NCBI GenBank assembly: GCA_951406725.2
Contig: OX597814.1
Location: 30,690,001-30,754,000, forward strand
Reading direction: 5' to 3'
From: Octopus vulgaris
Lineage: Eukaryota
Length of the DNA: 64,000 nt
Part shown: piece by piece, positions 43,607 to 58,892 of the stretch
How the letters are laid out: every line of letters begins with the position of its first letter
Position numbering within the stretch: position 1 is the first letter of the stretch
Notes under the pieces: model-generated
Told to the model about the DNA's origin: nothing
Seen by the model: only the letters and a program-made list of their open reading frames with translations
Databases searched by the model: none
Translations under genes and position numbers: made by a program

Positions 43607-43770
43607 TTTCTTTATTGGCCACACAGGGCTGCACACAGATGGGACAAGTTACAAGGTAGAGCTTTTCTTTTGGGGGATGAAAAAAACAAAAAAACAAAAG
43701 AAACAACAAAAAAGGGGGTGGCGTAGGTTTTCGATCAAGAGGGATCGTAAAAAGGAAGAAAAGAACAAAA
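43607..43770 (-). mobile_element. Tx1-like LINE 3' fragment, here abutting (TA)n
   Basis: Reverse complement of the LINE 3' UTR (TTTCTTTATTGGCCACACAGGGCTGCACACAG...). Confidence 0.85.
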
Positions 43771-43977
43771 AATAAATAAATAAATAAAATAAAAAATATA
43801 TACACACACACACACACATATATAGGGTGTGTCCGCAGTGAATTATTTTTCATCCTGCTCATGCGCAACTTGTCTAGTATATTGTTTTGTAGTCTTATAC
43901 CATCTTATATTTATTTTGCAATGAAATACTGCGAAAAGACATTTTGAACACCGTGTATGTATATATATGTATTTACA

Positions 43978-44040
<63 letters not shown>

Positions 44041-44102
44041 ATAAAACGGTAAGATAACAAAAGAAAGAAAGAGACCTCAATATTATGTAAATAGAGGAAA
44101 TT

Positions 44103-44302
44103 TATCTATACAATATGTTACATTACTCGGTAGTCAAGATAAAACTCTGAGTTTCAGATGCCGAGTGGAAATCCACAACACCATCTCTTCGGTTATCTGG
44201 CTATTAGCCAGATAACCGAAGAGATGGTGTTGTGGATTTCCACTTCGGCATCTGAAACTCAGAGTTTTATCTTGACTACCGAGTAATGTAACATATTGTA
44301 TA

Positions 44303-44306
<4 letters not shown>
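44103..44306. mobile_element. Near-perfect palindrome with ~101-bp arms; each arm carries a variant hammerhead
   Basis: Centre at T44204, one 1-nt indel between arms. Right arm: AGATAA-CCGAAGA-GATG...CATC-T-GAAA-CTCAGAG-TT-TTATCT. Lies between (TA)n runs. Confidence 0.8.
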
Positions 44307-45410
<1,104 letters not shown>

Positions 45411-45463
45411 AAAAAAAAAAAAAAAATATATATATATGTATGTATACATGTATGTATATATGT

Positions 45464-45531
<68 letters not shown>

Positions 45532-45885
45532 AGAGAGCTTTGTCTGTATGGAAAATATTTCAATACATTTATATCCACATAGCGCATAGCATTACACTAT
45601 CTGCTGAAATTATAATTCTTGTGTTAGCAGGAAGCCAATTTCATTGGAGTTGTAATAGGAATGGCGATCATTATATTCCCTGTGCACATTCTGGTTGCTA
45701 TATATTCAACCCCACGTAGACGACTGCTATTTCCACTAAAACTTCATAGCTACGTCTTTATTTCTGCTGCAGCTGAAAAAACGAATGGTCGAATATATTT
45801 ACTCTCAGTGAAGAAATTCTTCCGTCAGACGAATTGAGATATGTATATCAGGTGACATTCATGTGTGTCTAGTTGCATTCATGTA

Positions 45886-45981
<96 letters not shown>

Positions 45982-45982
<1 letters not shown>

Positions 45983-46091
45983 GATCGAAACTCCCCCTTC
46001 CTTTTTTTTTTTTTTTTTAAACCTTCAAAAGAAAAGCTCTACCTTGTAATTTGTTCTATCTGTGTGCAGCCCTGTGTGGCTAATAAAGAAA
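45982..46091 (+). mobile_element. Tx1-like LINE 3' fragment in (TATC)n
   Basis: Nearly identical to 25446-25554; TATC on both sides. Confidence 0.9.
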
Positions 46092-46189
46092 CATATCTAT
46101 CTATCTATCTGACTGTTTGTCTATCTGTCTGTCAGTCCGTCCGTTCGTCTGTCCATCTATCCATCTGTGTGTCTGTCTGTCTGTCCATG

Positions 46190-46224
<35 letters not shown>

Positions 46225-46253
46225 GTGTCTGTCTGCCTATGTGTCTGTTTGTT

Positions 46254-46348
<95 letters not shown>

Positions 46349-46814
46349 ATATCTATCTATCTATTTGCGTGGCGTTATATATACATGTACAAACGTATAC
46401 ACACACATATATACAAACATACAAACATATATACATACATTGGTAAAAACAAAGAGAATAAATAATACTCAGTACATGATTATGTAGACTATAACCTTTT
46501 TATCAACAAAAAGTTACGAAGGTGACTCAATGTCCTGGCGAGTATCAGACTATGGTAAGTGGCATACACGAAACTCAGCCCTTTGACACTTTCTACCTAT
46601 TGGTATATGTTATGTTATGTATGCATGCATGTACGTCTGTATACATTGATGCATGTATACACACACTCACACACACATACACACATATATAAGATCCATT
46701 TGTGGATTATCAAGTCAACCAATGGTTTCACGTAAGTAGACCTTCACAATTGTTTAAGCGACTAATCAATGGTGCCACATGGCAGTGTTGGTATTCGTCT
46801 ACCTTTTGGTTGAT

Positions 46815-46904
<90 letters not shown>

Positions 46905-47379
46905 ATAGCACGTATGGATGACGAAGCCACCTTGAGCATAATCCTATGAACCCAGAAATTGAAAACAGAGGGTTACCCACTTGCAAACAAATGTGGTAAC
47001 ATATAACAATATTGACCAAGGTTACCGTGGTCTTTTTCGTAGGCTTTTCTTCCCACGGATAAACCTTACTTGCTTTCCCCTTTACACCATACATCATAAC
47101 ACTGTGATACACGATCCCTATTGATCGTTTTTTTCCCTCTTCCCCTATTTTTCCCCCCTTTTTTTCTTCTTTTTTCATTTCTCTTTTCTTTTGTTCCTTT
47201 TCCTTTTTTTTATTTTTTGTTCCTTTTTTTCCCTTTTACGATCCCTTTTGATCGAAAACCTACCCCACTTTTTTTTGTTTCTTTTGTTTTTTGTTTTTTG
47301 TTTTTTCATCCCCCAAAAGAAAAGCTCTACCTTGTAACTTGTCCCATCTGTGTGCAGCCCTGTGTGGCCAATAAAGAAA
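46905..47379 (+). mobile_element. Tx1-like LINE 3' fragment (ORF end plus 3' UTR) in (TATC)n
   Basis: Aligns to 25140-25554; long TATC run upstream and short TATC run downstream. Confidence 0.9.
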
Positions 47380-47702
47380 TTTATCTATCTATTTATCTAT
47401 AAACAATTTTGAGAATATAGCTAGTAGTACGTAAATATTGGGTGGAAAAAGTCGAAGGCTACTCGTGGGACTCGAAGTCAGATTTACACTCATTATGTGT
47501 GTGCTTCGAGATATTACAACACAGAATTATTTCACGCTCTCTAAGAAGTTTATAAAATGTTTTATAACGTCTACAATATACCAGCATGCATAGACATACA
47601 TACATATATACATACATACATACATACATACAAAAACACATACATACATTCATTCATACATACATACATATATACATACATGCATACATATACTGTATAC
47701 AG

Positions 47703-48140
47703 TTTACTCAGAGTAGCCGCCCTCAGCTCCCAGCACAGTCTCAAGAGGGCTCCTGAACCTGGTATGTGCGTTCCTCACTTTGTCCTTTGGAAGATTTTCG
47801 AAAACCTCCTTGATCTTTAGCAATAGCTTGGCCTTGGTTGGCTGCAGGAAGAGCAGTTAGTGACTTTCTCAATCTCAGTGGAATTACAATCCGGGGAATT
47901 TGGAGGCCAGAAAGTGGGGTAAGTGAAGTCGTAGAAATTCTCCGACAACTTCTGACTCTTTTGGGAGGTATGCTTAGGGGCCGAACCCTGCTGTTGCACA
48001 TATAGTCTTTCAGCAGCAAATTTCTGCAGCCAGGGTTTGGCCACAGTCTCCAGTAGCTTCGCATAGTCGTCTCAGTTGAACCAATGCTCCTGTTCCTGCG
48101 GCTGTTGGATGAATATCGGCGTACGGATGCACTCAAAATG
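47703..48140 (-). pseudogene. Tc1/mariner (maT/DD37D-like) transposase fragment
   Basis: KPWLQKFAAERLYVQQQGSAPKHTSQKSQ...FWPPNSPDCN corresponds to the QQDxAPxH and WPPxSPD catalytic motifs, decayed. Confidence 0.85.
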
Positions 48141-48526
48141 CCTCCTGTGTCCCTTCTTTCTGGTTACGGTTTTGTAGTCTTAAAGCCTTTACTGTGTTCA
48201 CAGAGAATTGAGCAGCAGTCATAATATTGGTATTTAGATACCCGGCGCAACTCATCATGGTACAAGTAACTCATTTTCAATATTCATATGGCTTCCAGTC
48301 CTACATGTTCGCTAACCTTTCCTCAACTACAACGTAAATCTTTATGCCCTCCAGTGCAGTTGAATATTCACCAATAAATAATGTACTTTCTGAAAATAGG
48401 AGGCATTAAATATCGTCAAATTTAACCCAAAAAACCTGTATATACAATGCGCTACCATATAGTTTGCGTCTACCAAATTTATTCGCAAAGCATTGGTTGA
48501 CTCAGGGCTATAGTAGAAGACGCAAA

Positions 48527-48942
48527 AGGTAGTGAGCTGGCAGAAACGTTAGCACGCCAGGCGAAATGCATAACCGTATTTCGTCTACCGTAACGTTCTG
48601 AGTTCAAATTCCGCCGAGGTCGACTTTGCCTTTGATCCTTTCGGGATCGATAAATAAAGTACCAGTTTCGCACTGTGGTCGATGTAATCGACTTAATCCC
48701 TTTGTCTGTCCTTGTTTGTCTCCTTTGTGTTTAGCCCCTTGTGGGTAGTAAAGAAATACGTATTTCGTCTGCCGTTACGTTCTGAGTTCAAATTCCGCCG
48801 AGGTCGACTTTGCCTTTGATCCTTTCGGGATCGATAAATAAAGTACCAGTTTCGCACTGAGGGTCGATGTAATCGACTTAATCCCTTTGTCTGTCTTTGT
48901 TTGTTCCATCTATGTTTAGCCCCTTGTGGGCAATAAAGAAAT
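48527..48942 (+). mobile_element. SINE family A dimer with ~18-bp TSD, nested in a family B remnant
   Basis: TATAGTAGAAGACGCAAA on both sides. Confidence 0.9.
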
Positions 48943-49998
48943 ATATAGTAGAAGACGCAAACCCAAAGTTCTGAGCAGTGTGCCTGAACCCAAAACCCAC
49001 ATGGTTGTACAATTCTCTGCATGTATTACTTCCCTCCTCAGACAAAAAACAAAAGACAGTTAATTTATATCACTTACTCCGAGTTTTATTTCTCCAATTT
49101 GTTGTTATTGTAATTCGTTTTGGTGAATTGGCAGATTGGTTAGGGCGGCCAATAAAATTTTCTCGAGGTATTCAGTTATGACCCTTTCTATCCTGTGTTC
49201 AAATCCCACAGAGGTTAACCTTGCCTTTAATCCTTCCGGGATTAATATAATAAAGAACCAGACAAATACTAGGGTTAACCTAATCGATTAACTCCTTCCG
49301 TGAAATTACCAGCTTGTGCCTATGTATGAATTTATTGTTGTTGTTGTTGTTATCATTCTTCCCTTTTGTTTGAGCTAATGTGAATGGACACGTTAGCTTA
49401 AATATAAACGCGTGTATGTATGTGAGCACGTATGCGTATGTGACGTGCAAGTGCGTGTTTTTATACATATCAGTTTGAATGTATGAACGTGTGTGCGTGT
49501 ATGTGTATACGTATGTGTGCATATTTATAATATATATATATATAATAGATATTTATGTATGCGTACGTACAAACACATTCACACACATACACGTGTTTCT
49601 GGAATAAGTATGTGCGTGTGTGCATTGCGTATACGTGATTGTTTCAATGTATGTGTGAATGTACGGATGTGTATATATGTCTGTACGCATCTCTGTATAT
49701 TTATGTGCATGTGTGTGTGTGTGTGTGCATGTGTGTCTATGTGTGTGTATATGTTTGTACGAGAGTGTGTCTCGCTCTATCTCACGCTGTTTTCTCTCAA
49801 TTGATTTAGATGTTGAGCTCGACACAAACAAGTTAATAGTGTGAGAGAGAAAAGGAGTAAAGATGAAACAACAAAAACAACACAAAAAAACAAACAAACA
49901 AGCAAGAAGAATAAAATAAAAACAAACAAATAAACCAGTAAACTGAACATTACAAAGAAAAACAAATAAACGAGATGGTAACAAAGCGAATCATGATG

Positions 49999-50040
<42 letters not shown>

Positions 50041-50055
50041 TATAATATATGTGTA

Positions 50056-50112
<57 letters not shown>

Positions 50113-50244
50113 GAAAGAAAAGAGAGAGGGAGAAAGAGAGGGATGGAGGGGGAGAGAAACGGATAGAGAGAGAGTGAGTGAGAAAGAGAGAAATTGGGTG
50201 AGTGTACGTGTATATGTATGTATGTGTATATATACATATGCATA

Positions 50245-50385
<141 letters not shown>

Positions 50386-50891
50386 AACGCACACACATAC
50401 ACATACGCACACACACACATATACACTATTATCGTCATTCTCACCCACAGCCACCACGTCCCCATCTACGAATGAAAATCAACAACAACAACGATAACAA
50501 TAACAACAACAACAGCAAGAACTGCAGCAGCAACACTAACAACAACAATGTAATAAGAGATTTTCTAACATGAAAAGGATTGATCTGGGAAATGAATTTT
50601 GTTCGCAGTGTGATGTCTCGATGTCTCCTTCAGCGAAAACAGCAGCCAGCATAGCCTTCGGCACTTATGGCACTGATACAACACACACACGAGCACACAC
50701 ACGCACGCACACACACACACACACACTCACACACACAAACACACATACTTTCTCTCTCTCTCTCTCACACACTCTTGCTATCTCATTGACTATCCTTGGC
50801 TTTCATATGCACATACCACATACATACAGAGAAACCTACACTTCCACTCATATGCACACACAGACACACGAATATATATATATATGTATGT

Positions 50892-50948
<57 letters not shown>

Positions 50949-50981
50949 AATATAAATGTATATATATATATATATATGTAC

Positions 50982-51015
<34 letters not shown>

Positions 51016-51016
51016 G

Positions 51017-51127
<111 letters not shown>

Positions 51128-51606
51128 ACGAATACACACACATATATATATGCATACGTACCAATAATATTTTCCCGTGTGTGCGTACACACACAGGCAC
51201 ATACACACACTTCCATATATATATAGAGAGAGAGTGTAAAAGAGATGAATGAGTGTAAGAGGAAGATAGATAGATAGAAAGAGATAAATAGAAAGGTGGT
51301 GTGAGGGCGACAATGCATTAAAGATAAAGACGAAAGAGGTGAAAAAAGTGAGACCGACGGAATAGATGTAACTTAGACATTCAATTACTTTCACTTGGTA
51401 AAGGTCTATAAGCCAAAAGCATACACACGAAACAAACATACACATACATACATACACATACATACACGCTCACACACTTATACCCACCGATTCACACACA
51501 CACAAACGTGCACACACACAATTATATACACACACAGACATGTTCACGGATATACATACATATATATATATAGAGAGAGAGACACACACACACACAAACA
51601 TACATG

Positions 51607-51660
<54 letters not shown>

Positions 51661-51854
51661 TCTATACATACAAACACATCATACACACGTATTGATACAA
51701 CTTTATCTAAGCACAAACACGCACACACACATGCACACACACATACTCACACACATATTTGTATGTAATATATATTTGATTGTTTGTAAATATATATAAT
51801 ATATAATATATATACACTCACACATGCATACACATATATATTTGTATATATACG

Positions 51855-51888
<34 letters not shown>

Positions 51889-52191
51889 CATATATATATA
51901 CACACATATATATACATATATATATATATACATATGTGTATACATATATATATACATATATAAAAATGCATATATGTATACATATATATATGTATACATA
52001 TATATATACATATACATATGAATACATATATGTATACATATATATATGCATATATATATACATATACATATATATGCATAAACGTATATATATATACATA
52101 TATGTATACATACATGTGCATATATATACATACATATACATATATATATATACATATATATACATATATATATATATACATATATACGTAC

Positions 52192-52226
<35 letters not shown>

Positions 52227-52235
52227 AATATATAA

Positions 52236-52274
<39 letters not shown>

Positions 52275-52427
52275 TATATACTTATATATATACATATAAA
52301 TATCCTAGAAACAGCTGTAAAGCCTTCTATCTATAAATTTTCTAATATCTATACAGCCTTGGTTTTTCATCTCATTACGCAAAAAATTCTTATATGTATA
52401 TATATATATATATATATACATATACAT

Positions 52428-52468
<41 letters not shown>

Positions 52469-52855
52469 GGAAATAGTGGCACAAGGTATCAATTTTTCTG
52501 GAAATAGCAGTCGATAACTCTTTTACTGATCTTGGTTCTGTTTATGGCTGGAGAAATCGGCCGTGTAAACAGGCACTGATGTGGCGGACTTTTAAAATTT
52601 AGTCTCTTCGTTGGACCTAGCTGATGAAAACCAATCAGTTTTACGATAACAAACGTATTCTGAAAAGTTCCAAACTCGAGTACTAGGTTGTCCATTTCTC
52701 TGGCGTTCTTCCTAGGGGTAAGACAATTTTTTTTTAATATTCGCTGCCCGCACACATCTTTGCCTCTATACATTCAGTAAACCTTTACCTAGCTTTTCAC
52801 GATTATCGACTGCTATTTCTAGCAAAAATTGGTTCCTTGTTGTACCACTACTTCC
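52469..52855. mobile_element. Element with ~50-bp imperfect terminal inverted repeats and an internal hammerhead
   Basis: GGAAATAGTGG...GAAATAGCAGTCGATAA versus TTATCGACTGCTATTTC...CCACTACTTCC; follows (TA)n. Confidence 0.65.
52615..52688 (+). ncRNA. Hammerhead motif with a G-to-C core mutation (probably inactive)
   Basis: ACCTAG-CTGATGA-...TCAG/CTGA, TACG/CGTA...-CAAA-CTCGAG-TA-CTAGGT. 6-bp stem I; palindromic stem III ACTCGAGT. Confidence 0.65.
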
Positions 52856-53312
52856 CATTTGTTAATAATTCTACCTTTGCGATACTTTATTTCACACACA
52901 CACACATACATATATACTTATACATATGCGCCAGCATATGTATAAGATTAGTAGCACTTACTAAATCTGATCCACTCAATCTTCTTGAATAAACATTTAC
53001 TCTACTCTCTTTAGTATCAGTACCCACTTTACTTACGATTCATATTTTTGGAAGAAGCATCACTTAGAAATAAAACATTGGTCTTGGCTAAATTGCTGAG
53101 AAATTATTGATATTCAACGAAAATCAACATGTCGGACATTTTGTATTCCTGTAGATCTATACTGCTAATCATGCGAATCGTGTCACGATATTTCGCCGCT
53201 TAAGTTTATACCATAGATAGTCAACTCTATCATCTGCGTGTGTGCGTGCGTTAGTGTGTGTATGTGTGTGCGTACGTGAGTAAGTGTATGTGTGTATGGG
53301 TGCCTGTGCTGA

Positions 53313-53356
<44 letters not shown>

Positions 53357-53871
53357 TCCGCGGGTAGTAAATATTATGTCTAACAGATTCTTAAATTAAT
53401 TCATTAATAACAATTCTCCATCTACTAAAATTGAGAAATTTACTCTCCTTGATTACTTCTCTTCCTAAAAATGAATCACCATCTACTAAACTTAGGAAAT
53501 TGACTCCCCTTGATTACTCCTCTTCCACTTTTTCTAATATATATCATTGACCCCTAATATATTCACTTAATTAATAAGACTATTGTCCACAGATATTGAG
53601 TATTCTGCCTACTCATAATAAATGATATATTTTTTTTCTCCAAAATTAATAAATATTAGATTTATAATTCTCTTTTAATCCAACTTATTAAAATAATCAA
53701 CACTTACGCCAGCCACTGAAGATAATAATGTTACCCTCATCTGGGATTTTGCAGTCAACACAGATAGAACGATCCAGGCTAGTCTACCAGACATAATTTT
53801 AAAAAAGTGGGAAGAAAATTCTTGTAGACTAATAGTCATAAGTGTTCACACTGATAAAAATATATCTCTCT

Positions 53872-54067
53872 CTTTACTTGTTTCAGTCATTTGACTGCGG
53901 CCATGCTGGAGCACCGCCTTTAGTCGAGCAAATCGACCCCGGGTCTTATTCTTTGTAGGCCCAGTACTTATTCTATCGGTCTCTTTTGCCGAACCGCTAA
54001 GTGACGGGGACGTAAACACACCAGCATTGGCTGTCAAGCAATGCCAGGGGGACAAACACAGACACAT

Positions 54068-54144
<77 letters not shown>

Positions 54145-54298
54145 TATGACAGGCTTCTTTCAGTTTCCGTCTACCAAATCCACTCACAAGGCACTCACAA
54201 TAGCAGAAGACACTTGCCTAAGATGCCACGCAGTGGGACTGAACCCGAAACCATGTGGTTGCTAAGCAAGCTACTTACCACACAGCCACTCCTGCGCC
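53872..54298 (-). mobile_element. SINE family B
   Basis: Matches other family B copies. Confidence 0.9.
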
Positions 54299-54716
54299 TA
54301 TCTGTAAAGGAATTTAACAACATTAATAAATGTAAGGACCTAGAAATTAAAATACAAAAGAAAAACTGTTCCTGTTATTGTAGGTACACCAGGTATGATA
54401 AAAAAAAAGGGATGTCAGAAACATCTAGACAACATCCCAGGAGAATCATGCCTTAAAGAAATCCAAAAGCTTGTGCTGACAAGTGCTACCCACATCCTTA
54501 GAAAAACCTATTACTGTAAATATCTGTATTGTATTATATGGAAGTATTTCCCCACTGCCTTCACCACATGCCCTCCCCAAGTTTTCAGTTATATTTCTAC
54601 ATCTCTTAACTTTCACTTTCCCTAGGGTTCTGGGTGTGTCTCGGTAAGTGATTGCATCAAAAAACGTACTGATTGAAAGTAAGTAATACAGTAATATTAT
54701 CAATAATAATAATAAT
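54299..54716 (+). pseudogene. R4/Dong-like LINE C-terminus (restriction-like endonuclease region) with (AAT)n tail
   Basis: INKCKDLEIKIQK...VPVIVGTPGMIKK...QKHLDNIPG...EIQKLVLTSATHILRK, followed by AATAATAATAAT. Confidence 0.75.
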
Positions 54717-55068
54717 GGTTTCAAATTTTGTTACAAGGGCAGCAATTTTGGGGGCGGGAAAAGAGTCTATTACATCGACCCAAGTTTTCAACTGATACTA
54801 TTTTTTTTGACCCTGAAAGGATGAAAGGCAAAGTCATCTTCGGCAGAATTTGAACTCAACGTGAAGATTGACGAAATACGTATGTGTGGGCACGCGCAGG
54901 CACACGGATGTACCCGTGTGTGTGTGTGTGGGGGCGGTCGATGTACGTACATTTATATGGGTTTGTGTGTCTGTATGCGCGTGTGTGCACCTGTGGCTTA
55001 AAGCCTGTGTGTGTATGTGTGTCTGTGTGTACGTGTATATATATATATATATATACGTTTATGTGTAC

Positions 55069-55132
<64 letters not shown>

Positions 55133-55830
55133 TTGTGTGTCTGTATGTGCGTGTGTGCAAGTGTGTATGTGTATGTGTGTATGTGTGCGCGCGCATGCGC
55201 ACGCCTGTACTCGTGTGTGTGTGTGTGGGAGGTCGGTGTCCGTGTAAATATAGAGTGATACATATGTATACATGAGAAAGGGTGGCACAAGTGCGTATAT
55301 GGGCAAGCGTATGTGTGCGTGAGTGAGTGAATGTGCGTGCCTATTGACAGGTTGACTGATGTCTGTCGATATGTATGTGTATATGTGTGTGCGTGAGGGT
55401 GGGTGCATGTGAGCATGAATGTATACAGGCGTGCGCGCGCTTGTATATATATATATATATATGCATGCGTGTGAATGTCAGTCTGTGCGTGTGGGTAGCT
55501 GTAGCCAGTGACATAGTCTAAAGACTGGAATTTGACCAACCAACAAATGCTTATGCACGCTAATGCCGTTCAATATAATGCCATAAAAACCCTCTCCATT
55601 TCCACTAGATAATTTTTATTCTTATTTATTAGCAATGACTTATTGACCAAAGATATAAATACCGCTACTTCTAGTCATATCAAATGCTTTGTGCTTTTAT
55701 TCTTTTTATTTTATCCCTGACCACATCTTCCTCACTTTTACCAAATGTGTCTCAACAGTTAGAATCACACCATCAACATAAAACTTGAAGCGAAAATAAA
55801 ATGTGAACTTGTGAATTATCCATCTTACGT

Positions 55831-55933
55831 CACCTGACGAAGCTCTTTTGCGCTGTGCGTTGCATCTGGTGTTATTACATCGTTCCACGCCCATTAGGGA
55901 ACAGTGCAGAATGAAGCCGAAACGATTGTTGTG
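55831..55933 (+). ncRNA. Hammerhead motif with long G-U-containing stem II
   Basis: CAC-CTGACGA-A-GCT-C-TTTTGCGCTGT...ACAGTGCAGAA-TGA-AGC-C-GAAA-CGATTG-TT-GTG. Confidence 0.65.
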
Positions 55934-56072
55934 CTAGTAAAATGCTTCAAGTTACACTGTCTTCCGAATTGATCCCGTATAATGATATCGGATTGTTAGT
56001 TTGAATCATTTGAGTACTATTAAGTGTTTTCTAAACTGAGAATGTCGGGTTTTTATCTGTGGGCTATATATA

Positions 56073-56179
<107 letters not shown>

Positions 56180-56765
56180 ATGTATGTATGTGTGCATGTG
56201 TGTGTGTGTGTATGTGTGCACATATACAAACAGACACGCGTATATATATATATATGTATGTATCTATCTATTCAGCGATCTATTTCTTTCTCTCTCCTCT
56301 CCTCCTCCTCTCTCTTTTTGTATACCGTTCTACATTATTCAGTTGTCACTTAGTAAGAGATAAGTTTTCTGAATTAAACACAGATCGATCACAGTAATTA
56401 CTCTTTGACCTAGGTCAAAGCAGATAACACTTCAATAATCTAAAGAAAAGTTAGCTCTTATTAGAACACGAGTAACCAATTTGTAAGATAGCCCCAACAA
56501 ACCTGCTATATCTTTCATCTAAATATGTTAATGACATCGAATAATGATCTATATTAGTTGTAATCAGCTATCGATGCATCTTCTGATAAGGGAAATGTAT
56601 ATTAACTCAGTTTATCACATTTATGTGAAGTATATATTGATTTTGATATAGGCACGAGGCCAATTATTCTATCGGGAGGTGAGTGTTAAAAAAAATGCAC
56701 ACTGAATAAAAAAGAGAGAATTGGATACAAAAAGTAAAATGTTGCGTGAGCAGATTTTAGGCAAA

Positions 56766-57162
56766 TCTTTATATATAAAAGAGAAGTTGTGTGTCTGTCT
56801 CCTACGATTTAGATTCCTAACTACTCCCACATTTTGCGGTGCAGTTTAACCAAAACCGGGTATCTTATAGTCGTGATTCATATCGAGCCCTTCTGGGTAT
56901 TAGCGTGCGTCTACGATGAGTCTACGATTAAAAAAAAATTTACCATAATTTTTTTCCCATTTTAATGTAGTTTTTCGCTATTATATAAGGGAAGTAACTC
57001 TTTAAAAATGTCGACGATGAGTCAACGATTTAAAAAAAAATTACCATAATTTCTTTTCCATTTTTAATGCATTTTTTTGCTATTTTTTGGCTATAACTCT
57101 CTAAAAATGCTTATAAAGTTATTTCCCTTACAAACCCGAGCAACGCCGGGCGATACTGCTAG
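56766..57162 (+). mobile_element. Non-autonomous Helitron, copy 2
   Basis: A|TCTTTATATATAAAAG...CCCGAGCAACGCCGGG...CTAG|T; no TSD. Confidence 0.85.
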
Positions 57163-57297
57163 TAAAATATATATTAGAGAAGGAACAGTTAAACTTGACT
57201 GAAAGTATGGACACCAAGGAAGGAAGCATAACCTTTGATAACCGCTGCGCGACATTAAACAATTAGAAAATCAAATTGTTAATAAAGACAAAAGTCA

Positions 57298-58226
57298 AGG
57301 CGGTAAGCTGGCAGAAACGTTAGCACACCGGGCGAAATGCTTAGCGGTATTTCGTCAGCCGCTACGTTCTGAGTTCAAATTCCGCCGAGGTCGACTTTGC
57401 CTTTCATCCTTTTGGAGTCGATTAAATAAGTACCAGTTACACACTGGGGTCGATATAATCGACTTAATCCGTTTGTCTGTCCTTGTTTGTCCCTCTCTGT
57501 GTTTAGCCCCTTATGGGTAGTAAAGAAATAGGTATTTCATCTGCTGTTACGGTCTGAGTTCAAATTCCGCCGAGGTCGACTTTGCCTTTCATCCTTTCGG
57601 GGTCGATTAAATAAGTACCAGTTACGCACTGGGGTCGATATAATCGACTTAATCCGTTTGTCTGTCCTTGTTTGTCCTCTCTGTGTTTAGCTCCTTGTGG
57701 GTAGTAAAGAAATAGGTATTTCGTCTGCCGCTATGTTCTGAGTTCAAATTCCGCCGAGGTCGACTTTGCCCTTCATCCTTACGCACTGGAGTCGATACAA
57801 TCGACTTAATCCCTTTGTTTGTCCTTGTTTGTCCCCTCAATGTTTAGTCCCTTGTGGGCAGTACAGGAATAAGAAACGTTAGCACGCCGAAGGAAATGCT
57901 TAGCGGCATTTCTTCCGGTTTTACGTTCTTAGTTCAAATACCACCTGTGTTGACGTGGCTTTTCATGCTATCGTGGTAAATAAAATAAGTATCTATTTCT
58001 TTACTACCCACAAGGGGCTAAACAGAGAGGGGACAAGCAAGGACAGACAAACGGATTAAGTCGATTATATCGACCCCAGTGCGTAACTGGTACTTAATTT
58101 ATCGACCCCAAAAGGATGAAAGGCAAAGTCGACCTCGGCGGAATTTGAACTCGGAACGTAACGGCAGACGAAATACGGCTACGCATTTCGCCCGGCATGC
58201 TAACGATTCTGCCAGCTCACCGCCTT
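57298..58226. mobile_element. SINE family A cluster: plus-strand multimer, then a minus-strand copy with TSD
   Basis: Three or more tandem units at 57298-57990; inverted copy at about 57992-58226 flanked by TAAATAAAATAAGTA. Confidence 0.9.
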
Positions 58227-58892
58227 AATAAATAAAATAAGTACCCTCGAATTTGCTGGCCCCGTGCCCCAAATTAAAAAGGATCGTCAGTTAGCTATTA
58301 GTTAATAGAATATTTTAAGGCAGTGAACTGGTGGAATAGTTAGAAGGTCTAGTAAAGTGCATTGGGGTATTCAGCTACATATCTTTATATATTCTGTATT
58401 CAAATGGCATCGAAGTTTACATTGCTTTTCGTCCTTCCATTGTGGATAAAATAAAACATCAGTCAGCATGAAATTAGTTAAATAACTGGCAGTGGTGTTT
58501 CATATATTTCGATTAAGATCGAGAATCTCGAAAGAATCTTTTTGGTACTGCTTTGCATTTTGAGGGATAATGAGACAGTAAACCTACCAAAAGGCCACAA
58601 TATTCTTATAGCGAACAATGGCCTCAATTATATTTAGTTTTGCAATACATAGCTATTAAATACTGACACACTCATCCTAATCCTTTGAATTGACAACCAG
58701 AAAAAAACTGCTATCATCTTGCGCAATCGATGGAAACCACATTGTTCTACGCATCGGCTACGCCACTCTGCAGTTGTTTTTTTATATAATTTAAGACTAG
58801 TAAAAATGTCCTCTTTTTATAGCTGTAAAAGATGTAGTTTCGCCTTTCTGCACTGCTTTTGGTCACGCGCTTCTATCTCGTATTCATTTTTC

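Noticed and set aside
53415-53528. Short local tandem duplications (also 18390-18570, 23020-23130 and 27075-27510)
   Set aside because: Ordinary slippage-type duplications with no further structure.
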